The notes beneath the pieces are model-generated. The model was not told the DNA's origin. It saw only the letters and a program-made list of their open reading frames with translations, and ran no database searches. Below, piece by piece: positions 56,946 to 64,000 of a stretch of 64,000 bases of DNA; the stretch's first letter is position 1, and every line of letters starts with the position of its first letter. The translations under genes and the position numbers were made by a program. Source of the stretch: Sphingomonadales bacterium (GTDB lineage Bacteria; Pseudomonadota; Alphaproteobacteria; CAZZKF01). Where the stretch lies: assembly GCA_046756385.1 (NCBI GenBank), contig JBHHWG010000003.1, positions 6,298-70,297 of the forward strand. The letters run 5' to 3'.

Positions 56946-58500
56946 CTTCTTGCGGGGTTTGACCCGCCATCATCAAGCCAAGCGTCCGCTCGTCGGCCTC
57001 GCCGCCTGTCACCTCACCGACAATGCGGCCATCGAACATCACGACAATCCGATCAGCCAAAACAAGCAGTTCGTCAAGATCGGCCGAGACCACCAGGTTT
57101 GCCTTGCCCTGGTTACGCAAGGAAATGATCTGGTCGTGGATGTTGGTTACCGCCCCAATATCGACGCCACGGGTCGGCTGGCCGATCACCAGCAAGGTGG
57201 GGTCATGGGCGATCTCGCGGGCGATCACGAGTTTCTGCTGATTGCCGCCGGAGAAATTACCGAACGGCAAATCCGGCATGGGCGGCCTGACATCGTAATC
57301 CGCCATGCAGCTTTCACAATGTTCCTTAATCGCGGCCGGATCAAGAATGCCACGGCGCGAGAAGCGATCTGTTTCGTGATAGCCGAGTATTGCATTGTCG
57401 GACGCGATCATGCCCGAAACCGCGCCCGCCCTAAGGCGGTCTTCCGCGACATGGCCCAGGCCCATGCGGCGCAAGGTTCCACCATCAGTGTGCCTCGTCT
57501 GGTCGGCGATCACCTGATTGTCGAACAAAATCCGGCCGGTGGTCGGCGCCGATATTCCGGTGATGACCTCAAGGAGCTCAAGCTGGCCGTTGCCGGCCAC
57601 CCCTGCAATGCCGACAATTTCGCCGCTTCGGACCGTCAGCGAGATGTCCTTCAGCCGCTCCACCCCGGCTTCATCGACCAGACTGACCGATTCCAGCCGC
57701 AACATCTCGGGCTGGTCCCCAACCTCGATACGCGCGGTTTTGCGACCCACCTTGCGACCGACCATCAGTTCGGCAAGTTCGGCCTCGTTCGTATCGGCAA
57801 TCGCCCGCCGGGCCACCGCGCGTCCCCGGCGCATCACAGTCGCATGGTCGGCAATGCGCATAACCTCGCGCAGCTTGTGCGAGATGAAAAGGACCGCTTT
57901 GCCTTGCTCGCGCAGCGTCTCAATTATGCGAAACAGCTGCTCCGCCTCCTGAGGCGTGAGTACGCCGGTCGGCTCGTCAAGGATCAGAATCTCGGCCCCT
58001 CGATAAAGCGCCTTGAGGATTTCGACCCGCTGTTGCAGCCCAACCGGCAGATCGGAGATCGTTGTGTCGATATCGACTTGCAGATCGTAATCCCGCTCAA
58101 TCTGACGAAGGCGGTCGGCGGCTTCTTTCCGATGTCGCGCCAGGATCGCGCCACCTTCAAAACCGAGCATGATGTTTTCAAGTACGGTAAAATTTTCAAC
58201 CAACATGAAATGCTGGTGCACCATTCCGATACCTGCGTGATGCGCGTCGCTGGGTGAGGCGAACTGACATGGCGCGCCATTGACGCGGATTTCGCCGCTG
58301 TCCGGGCGATACAGCCCGTACAGCATGTTCATCAGCGTCGATTTGCCGGCTCCGTTTTCGCCGATCACCGCATGGACGGCGCCGCGCTCAATCCTGATAT
58401 CGACGCCCGCATTGGCCTGTACCGGGCCGAACGACTTTTCCAACCGCACGGCCTCGATAGCGAGGCGCCCGCCCTCAGTCTTGAGCGCATCACTTGTCAT
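56917..58500 (-). CDS. ABC transporter ATP-binding protein with duplicated ATPase domains
   Basis: Has Walker A (GENGAGKST), the signature LPVGLQQRVEI, Walker B (ILILDEPT), a second signature (SGGNQQK) and a second Walker B-like block (LLVIGQPTRGVD). Confidence 0.93.
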   Translation of the reverse strand: MTSDALKTEGGRLAIEAVRLEKSFGPVQANAGVDIRIERGAVHAVIGENGAGKSTLMNMLYGLYRPDSGEIRVNGAPCQFASPSDAHHAGIGMVHQHFMLVENFTVLENIMLGFEGGAILARHRKEAADRLRQIERDYDLQVDIDTTISDLPVGLQQRVEILKALYRGAEILILDEPTGVLTPQEAEQLFRIIETLREQGKAVLFISHKLREVMRIADHATVMRRGRAVARRAIADTNEAELAELMVGRKVGRKTARIEVGDQPEMLRLESVSLVDEAGVERLKDISLTVRSGEIVGIAGVAGNGQLELLEVITGISAPTTGRILFDNQVIADQTRHTDGGTLRRMGLGHVAEDRLRAGAVSGMIASDNAILGYHETDRFSRRGILDPAAIKEHCESCMADYDVRPPMPDLPFGNFSGGNQQKLVIAREIAHDPTLLVIGQPTRGVDIGAVTNIHDQIISLRNQGKANLVVSADLDELLVLADRIVVMFDGRIVGEVTGGEADERTLGLMMAGQTPQEGEEREQYVG

Positions 58501-58529
58501 GCCTGATCCTTGACCCGTTTGTGGAAATG

Positions 58530-59537
58530 TTACTGCACCGTGCTCATGGCGTCCGTCACCACGATATCCCCGGCCACGATTTGCCGTCTGGCCTCCTCGA
58601 CACGGTTCTTCATTTCCGCGGTGATCAGGGCACGGTTGTCATCGTCGAGAGTATAAGTCACGCCATCTTCCTTGAGGCCCTTTATAATCACGCCCGGTTT
58701 CCAGCTTCCGTCATGCGCCGAAAGCATGGCTTCGTATACCGCAAGATCGACGCGCTTGAGCATCGACGTCAAAACATAGCCCGGCTGGATGTGGTTTTGG
58801 TTGCTGTCCACACCGATCGCCAATTTTTCAACGTCGCGCGCCGCCTGAAGAACGCCCAGCCCGGAGGGTCCGGCAGCCGCAAAAATAACATCGGCGCCAC
58901 GCGCAAACTGGCTCCGCGCCAGTTCCGCGCCCTTGATCGGGTCGGTCCATGCCAACGGCGTGGCCCCTATCATATTCTCGATGACTCGGATATCCGGGTT
59001 GACGTGGCGCGCGCCCTCGGCATAACCGACGGCGAACCGGCGGATCAGCGGAATGTCCATGCCGCCAACGAATCCAACGGCCCCGTTTTCGGCCTTCATC
59101 GCCGCAAGCATGCCAACCAGAAACGATCCCTCATGTTCCTTGAACAAGATCGATTGCACGTTAGGAAGGTCGACGGACGCGTCGATGACGGCGAAGCGCT
59201 GGTTCGGAAATTCGCGCGCCACATTGCGCAAGGGAACAGCGTATGAGATTCCCACGGCGACGACCAGGTTCGCCTTGCGCTGAGCGAACCTTCTCAGTCC
59301 TTGTTCGAACTGCGCTTCGTTCGTTGGTTCGAAATCCTGGAATCTGACTTTCGTTACCCGGCGAAATATTTTTGCGCCCTTGAAGGCCGATTCATTAAAG
59401 GATCGGTCGAATTTTCCACCCAGATCGTAGAGAAGCACGAACTGGGCGTCCCGTGCGGTGGCCGGTGCGCCGTTCACAAGCGCAGCCAGCGCCGCCACGA
59501 ACACTACAAATCGCAGCCATCGAAAATTTTTCCCCAT
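58530..59537 (-). CDS. BMP-family (Med/PnrA-like) ABC substrate-binding protein, paralog 1
   Basis: A signal peptide is followed by GGKFDRSFNESAFKG, FKEHEGSFLVG and GVDSNQN blocks. Confidence 0.9.
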   Translation of the reverse strand: MGKNFRWLRFVVFVAALAALVNGAPATARDAQFVLLYDLGGKFDRSFNESAFKGAKIFRRVTKVRFQDFEPTNEAQFEQGLRRFAQRKANLVVAVGISYAVPLRNVAREFPNQRFAVIDASVDLPNVQSILFKEHEGSFLVGMLAAMKAENGAVGFVGGMDIPLIRRFAVGYAEGARHVNPDIRVIENMIGATPLAWTDPIKGAELARSQFARGADVIFAAAGPSGLGVLQAARDVEKLAIGVDSNQNHIQPGYVLTSMLKRVDLAVYEAMLSAHDGSWKPGVIIKGLKEDGVTYTLDDDNRALITAEMKNRVEEARRQIVAGDIVVTDAMSTVQ

Positions 59538-59638
59538 CTCCCCGATCCCCGCTCTTTTCCATTTACATTAGGTGTGCGTTAGACCACCCCTTAGGATCGG
59601 GCAGATTCCCCCCTCTCAACGTTTATTGCAACCGTTTT

Positions 59639-59652
59639 TTACCAATTGGTAA
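59639..59652. promoter_or_regulatory. Perfect 14-bp palindrome TTACCAATTGGTAA (candidate operator) between binding-protein paralogs 2 and 1
   Basis: The exact dyad is read directly from the sequence. It lies about 100 nt upstream of the paralog-1 start, in a 184-nt gap. Confidence 0.35.
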
Positions 59653-59721
59653 GAAAAGGCTTCTGCGACGTCCTAAAATCCCGGACAGCAGACGTGGCTG
59701 CCGTCACCTGCCGGCACGACT

Positions 59722-60744
59722 TTAGGGTGCCGTGCTCATGGCGTCCGTCACCACGATTTCCCCGGCCACGATTTGCCGCTTGGCCTCCTCGACGCGGCTC
59801 TTCATTTCCTCGGTGATCAGAGCGCGGTTGTCGTCATCAAGGGTGTAATCGACACCATTTTCTCGTAGACCCAAAACCGTCACGCCGGGCTTCCAGGTCC
59901 CATTGACCGCTGCCGTCATGGTTTCAGAAACCGCCAGATCAACCCGCTTGACCATGGAGGTCAGGACGAACCCCGGATGGATTCGGTTTTGGTTGCTGTC
60001 GACGCCAATCGCCAACTTGCCGGCATCGTGTGCGGCATGAAGCACGCCCAGACCGGAGCCGCCCGCGGCCGCAAAGATCACCTCGGCGCCGCGCTCAAAC
60101 TGGTCCAATGCCAGTTCCGCCCCTCTGTCCGGGTTTTTCCATGCCATTTCGTCCGTGCCCACCGTGCTCTCGATAAGCTTGATCCTCGGATTGACATGGC
60201 GCGCGCCCTCGGCATACCCGACGGCGAACCGGCGGATCAGCGGAACGTCCATGCCGCCAATAAATCCGATGGTTCCCTTCCTGGCCTTCATGGCGGCCAA
60301 CATACCGACCAGGAAAGAGCCCTCATGTTCCTTGAATAAAATGGACTGCACATTGGGGAGATCGATCAGGCCGTCGATGCTTGTAAAGTTCTGGTCTGGA
60401 AACTCGGCGGCAACTTTTCGCAAATGTTGCGCATAGGGGATGCCGATGGCGACGATCAGATCGAATTTTTCCTCGGCGAACCGGCGAAGGGCCGGTTCGA
60501 ATTGCGCCTCATCGGTCGGTTCGAACTCAGCGAAGCGGTTTCTTGTTACCCTTCGGAAGATTTTGGCGCCCCGGAAGGCCGCTTCATTGAAGGAACGGTC
60601 GAACTTGCCCCCGATCTGGTACAGCACCACCACCTTGAAGTCCTTCGCACTCACCGGCGCGGCACTGAACAATGCTACAACTGAAACCAGCGCGAGCCCA
60701 AGGCCCAACTTCTTAATTCGTTTAAACATCCCACACCTCTCCAT
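59722..60744 (-). CDS. BMP-family ABC substrate-binding protein, paralog 2
   Basis: Shares the conserved blocks of paralog 1. The probable start is Met6 (60729), giving MFKRIKKLGLGLALV. Confidence 0.9.
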   Translation of the reverse strand: MERCGMFKRIKKLGLGLALVSVVALFSAAPVSAKDFKVVVLYQIGGKFDRSFNEAAFRGAKIFRRVTRNRFAEFEPTDEAQFEPALRRFAEEKFDLIVAIGIPYAQHLRKVAAEFPDQNFTSIDGLIDLPNVQSILFKEHEGSFLVGMLAAMKARKGTIGFIGGMDVPLIRRFAVGYAEGARHVNPRIKLIESTVGTDEMAWKNPDRGAELALDQFERGAEVIFAAAGGSGLGVLHAAHDAGKLAIGVDSNQNRIHPGFVLTSMVKRVDLAVSETMTAAVNGTWKPGVTVLGLRENGVDYTLDDDNRALITEEMKSRVEEAKRQIVAGEIVVTDAMSTAP

Positions 60745-60887
60745 CTTTGATGGTTTTATCGGGCTTCATCCCGTCACCCCTTATAGTTGGCGCAGTTTTA
60801 TCCTTCTTTCCGGTGTTTGCAACTGATTTTTGTTTGCCCAACCACCAATAACCGCATCAGTACACATGCTCAGGATCATTCCAAAAG

Positions 60888-61913
60888 TCAGTGCCCGCCC
60901 GATTGGTCATCGGCCATGGCGTCAGTCACCGTGATCGCCCCGGAAACGATCTTCTTTTTTGCTGCTTCCAGCCGCTCAATCATTTCAGATGTCATGAGGG
61001 AACGGTTGTGGTCATCGACCGCATAATCGACCCCGGCCTCCTTCAGACCCAGGATCGTGATCCCAGGCTTCCAGGAACCATCCCGCCCCTCAGCCATTGC
61101 GCGATAGACAGCGAGATCGACCCGTTTGAGCATCGAGGTCAGCACATATCCCGGCTGAATATGGTTCTGGTTGCTGTCCACGCCGATCGCGAATTTTTCA
61201 GCATCGCGCGCGGCCTGAAGCACGCCCAGGCCGGCCGGCCCGGCGGCTGCAAAAATAATATCGGCGCCACGGGCATATTGGCTCCGCGCCAGTTCAGCGC
61301 CCTTGATGGGGTCGCTCCACGCCGATGGCGTTGTCCCCACCATGTTCCTTAATATCCGGATATCGGGATTGACGTATTTCGCGCCCTCGGCATAACCGAG
61401 CCCAAAACGACGTATCAGCGGAATGTCCATGCCGCCAATAAATCCAATGGTCGCATTCTCCGCTTTCATCGCCGCCAGCATGCCGACCAGGAACGACCCT
61501 TCGTGTTCCTTGAACAGAATGGACTGCACATTGGGAAGGTCCACCGACGCGTCGACCGCGGTAAAGCGCTGGTCCGGGAATTCCCTGGCGACATTGCGCA
61601 GGGGAACCTTATAGGAAACTCCGATTGCGACAATCAGGTCCGCCTTGCGGCGCGCGAAGCGCCTCAGCGCCTGTTCGAACTGCGCCTCATTGGTGGGCTC
61701 GAAATCGCGATAGCGGATATTGGTCTCCTCGCGAAATTTTTCCGCGCCCTTGTAAGCGGCCTCGTTAAAAGAGCGATCGAATTTTCCGCCAAGATCGTAA
61801 ATGAGGACGGTTCGAAAATCATCCGCGTGCGCCGGGGTGATTTGCCAGATCGCCACCAGGCCAACCAGGCTAGCCCCAATCACCAACCTTCGGAGTTTTT
61901 CCACTATTGTCAT
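60888..61913 (-). CDS. BMP-family ABC substrate-binding protein, paralog 3
   Basis: Shares the same conserved blocks. A signal peptide follows Met99 of the tracked ORF (MTIVEKLRRLVIGASLVGLVAIWQITPAHA). The upstream 98 codons look non-coding. Confidence 0.88.
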   Translation of the reverse strand: MTIVEKLRRLVIGASLVGLVAIWQITPAHADDFRTVLIYDLGGKFDRSFNEAAYKGAEKFREETNIRYRDFEPTNEAQFEQALRRFARRKADLIVAIGVSYKVPLRNVAREFPDQRFTAVDASVDLPNVQSILFKEHEGSFLVGMLAAMKAENATIGFIGGMDIPLIRRFGLGYAEGAKYVNPDIRILRNMVGTTPSAWSDPIKGAELARSQYARGADIIFAAAGPAGLGVLQAARDAEKFAIGVDSNQNHIQPGYVLTSMLKRVDLAVYRAMAEGRDGSWKPGITILGLKEAGVDYAVDDHNRSLMTSEMIERLEAAKKKIVSGAITVTDAMADDQSGGH

Positions 61914-62132
61914 TTCACCCTTTCCCGGTACTTTGGCGGCAAGAATTCTTTTGCCTCTGGCATGACGGTGCAGAATTACTATTTGCCATCTAGAATGCAA
62001 CAGTTTTTCGTCCCGCCAAACTCCCGCTCGCGGCGCTGTCAACAGCCCAACGGACTTGACGCCTAGACCTCCGTAAGGCATGAGAAGCCTGACTGCCGCG
62101 CGAAGTGGCATGCCAACCGAAGGATCCATGCC

Positions 62133-62795
62133 ATGACCAGCCAAACGCACTCGAATTTGCCGGAAGGCGCCCCAATTACGGTCGTCGACCACCCGTTGGT
62201 GCAGCATAAATTAACGCTAATGCGGCGCAAGGCGGCGAGCACGGCGGAGTTCCGAAAACTCCTGCGCGAAGTGAGCTCGCTGCTCGGCTATGAGGCGATG
62301 CGCGACCTGCCGCTTAGTTCGGTAATGATCGAAACACCGATCCGCGGGATGGAAGCGCCGATCCTGGCCGGAAAGAAACTTTGCTTCATTTCCATCCTTC
62401 GGGCGGGCGATGGGCTGCTCGCGGCCATGCTGGATCTGGTTCCATCGGCGCGGGTCGGCCAGATCGGCCTGTATCGTGACGAGGAAACCCTCCGCCCGCA
62501 CAAATATTTTTTCAAACTGCCCAAGGATATCGAGCATCGGAGGTCCATTCTGCTGGACCCGATGCTGGCGACCGGCCATTCGGCGGCGGCGGCGGTCGAA
62601 GAGGTCAAACGCGCGGGCGCCAGGGATATCCGCTTCGTATGCCTGGTCGCGGCGCCCGAGGGCGTGAGCACCTTCCGCGAAGCCCACCCCGATGTGCCGC
62701 TGATCACGGCCGCGGTGGACGAATGTCTCAACGAAAAGGGTTATATCGTCCCCGGTCTGGGCGATGCCGGCGACCGCCTTTTCGGCACCAAGTAA
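62133..62795 (+). CDS. upp: Uracil phosphoribosyltransferase
   Basis: Carries [15 protein letters not shown], the [15 protein letters not shown] loop and [16 protein letters not shown]. Confidence 0.95.
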   Translation: MTSQTHSNLPEGAPITVVDHPLVQHKLTLMRRKAASTAEFRKLLREVSSLLGYEAMRDLPLSSVMIETPIRGMEAPILAGKKLCFISILRAGDGLLAAMLDLVPSARVGQIGLYRDEETLRPHKYFFKLPKDIEHRRSILLDPMLATGHSAAAAVEEVKRAGARDIRFVCLVAAPEGVSTFREAHPDVPLITAAVDECLNEKGYIVPGLGDAGDRLFGTK

Positions 62796-62822
62796 CACAC
62801 CGCTTGCAATTTCGAGGACAGC

Positions 62823-63404
62823 ATGACCTGGACAGGGAAATATTTTGTAACGGCTCAAGGCTTGCTCGAGGATTCGATCCGGCTTGGATTCCAGATTCTT
62901 GACAGTGGCTTCGCGCCCAAGTTCATTGTCGGGGTGTGGCGCGGCGGCGCCCCGACGGGCATCGCGGTCCAGGAGATCCTGGACTTCCACGATGTGCAGT
63001 CCGACCATATCGCGATCCGGACCTCATCCTATATCGGCATGGAACAACAGAAGGTGGTTCGGGTTCACGGCCTCGAATACATCGTCAACAACATCGACGC
63101 GCAAGACAGCCTGCTGATCGTCGATGACGTTTTCGATTCAGGAAAAAGTCTTGCCGCTATTCTTGATAAGCTGCGGCGCAAATGCCGGCGCAACATGCCT
63201 GATGTCGTCAAGATCGCCACGGTTTACTACAAGCCCAAACACAATGTGACCGATCTGAAGCCCGATTTTTACATCCATGAAACCGACGCCTGGCTGGTCT
63301 TCCCACACGAATTGCATGACCTGACGCCCGAGGAAATCCGAGACCAGAAAGGGCTGGACTTTGACGAACTCAGGAAACCCGTAAAGACCGACCACGTAGG
63401 ATAG
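62823..63404 (+). CDS. Phosphoribosyltransferase family protein (purine PRTase-like)
   Basis: Has the PRPP-binding motif LLIVDDVFDSGKSL. It lies between upp and punA. Confidence 0.8.
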   Translation: MTWTGKYFVTAQGLLEDSIRLGFQILDSGFAPKFIVGVWRGGAPTGIAVQEILDFHDVQSDHIAIRTSSYIGMEQQKVVRVHGLEYIVNNIDAQDSLLIVDDVFDSGKSLAAILDKLRRKCRRNMPDVVKIATVYYKPKHNVTDLKPDFYIHETDAWLVFPHELHDLTPEEIRDQKGLDFDELRKPVKTDHVG

Positions 63405-63442
63405 GGACAGCCTGCCGATAAGGGTAAAAAAAAGGAAACAAA

Positions 63443-64000
63443 ATGACAAACGTGCCCGAAATGAAGGAAAAAATACTGGCCTCGGTGGCTGCCGTGAAAA
63501 AGCGCTACAATGGTGTGATGCCCGAGGTTGCCCTGGTGCTCGGCAGCGGCCTCAACGGCATTGCCGAAGCGATGGATATCGAGACCGCGATTTCCAATTC
63601 AGACGTCCCCGGGTTCCCGCAGCCTTCGGTTCAGGGACACGCCGGGCGCATGCTGATTGGCCGGTTGGACGGTGCGCCGGTGGTTTGCCTTCAGGGCCGC
63701 GTGCATTTCTACGAAGGCCAGGGGCTCGACGCGATGGTGGTCCTGGTCCGAACGCTAAAGGCGCTGGGCGTCAAGACGCTGGTCCTGACAAATGCCGCCG
63801 GAAGTTTGAACCCGGAGGTGGGGCCGGGCAGCCTGATGGCGCTGACCGACCATATCAACTTCGCCGGGGTCAATCCGCTCATCGGCCCGAACGACGATGA
63901 AATCGGGCCCCGTTTCCCCGACATGACCGGGGCCTATGACAGTGAACTGCGTCAAACGCTTTTTGCCGCCGCCGCCGATGAGGGCGTCCACCTTAATGAA
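63443..64000 (+). CDS. punA: Purine nucleoside phosphorylase (inosine/guanosine/xanthosine phosphorylase family); the 3' end lies beyond the window
   Basis: My own translation from ATG 63443 runs open to the window edge (186 codons): MTNVPEMKEKILAS...VALVLGSGLNG...VQGHAGRMLIGRLDGAPVVCLQGRVHFYEG...LTNAAGSLNPE...GPRFPDMT. It is absent from the ORF track because no stop codon is reached. Confidence 0.9.
   Translation, partial: MTNVPEMKEKILASVAAVKKRYNGVMPEVALVLGSGLNGIAEAMDIETAISNSDVPGFPQPSVQGHAGRMLIGRLDGAPVVCLQGRVHFYEGQGLDAMVVLVRTLKALGVKTLVLTNAAGSLNPEVGPGSLMALTDHINFAGVNPLIGPNDDEIGPRFPDMTGAYDSELRQTLFAAAADEGVHLNE

Noticed and set aside
1-64000. Window-wide scan for CRISPR arrays, tRNA/rRNA genes, transposases, integrases, and toxin-antitoxin or classical defence genes.
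   Set aside because: I saw no repeat-spacer periodicity, no tRNA T-loop/acceptor signatures in the intergenic regions, and no ORF with recombinase, transposase or nuclease-helicase hallmarks.

Overview
GC-rich bacterial chromosomal window. By eye it is about 60% G+C, and the gene content suggests an alphaproteobacterium, but that is inference only. I can support about 42 protein-coding genes. I saw no rRNA, tRNA, CRISPR array or transposase gene.

Layout:
- 1-7.1 kb: 5'-truncated class II ribonucleotide reductase (nrdJ), a GGDEF-EAL protein, a DUF4389-like membrane protein and a quinohemoprotein PQQ alcohol dehydrogenase.
- 7.1-31.6 kb: a PEP-CTERM/exosortase-type locus. It holds three translationally coupled GT4 glycosyltransferases, an orphan membrane/helical-tail protein, and a priming sugar transferase followed by prsK-prsR-prsT. 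An accessory module follows: an RND/MMPL-like exporter, a second PrsT-like TPR lipoprotein, an E1(ThiF)-nitroreductase fusion, one PEP-CTERM cargo gene behind a consensus sigma-54 promoter, an N-acyl amino acid synthase-like GNAT and a tail-anchored hypothetical protein. No exosortase gene lies in the window.
- 31.6-50.7 kb: housekeeping and mixed genes. These are a lipase-like hydrolase, egtD-like methyltransferase, acyl-CoA dehydrogenase, cobA, a TonB receptor plus UbiD decarboxylase, an SNF transporter, a multi-PAS histidine kinase, a TPR-2OG oxygenase fusion and a large Oar-like TonB receptor.
- 50.7-64 kb: a nucleoside uptake/salvage supercluster. It reads phoD-deoB-deoA-cdd, two permeases, an ATPase and three tandem BMP binding proteins, with upp, a PRTase and a 3'-truncated punA diverging from it.

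Most interesting non-genic signals:
- A perfect TGGCAC-N5-TTGCA promoter upstream of the PEP-CTERM gene.
- A 165-bp element with a 20-bp perfect terminal inverted repeat, sitting exactly between two convergent stop codons.
- A four-hairpin candidate sRNA with CUCCC/CCUCC motifs and a strong intrinsic terminator.
- A roughly 31% G+C island upstream of the PAS kinase.
- Mosaic (gene-conversion-like) similarity among the three binding-protein paralogs.

All family assignments come from motif recognition by eye and remembered family definitions. No searches were run.
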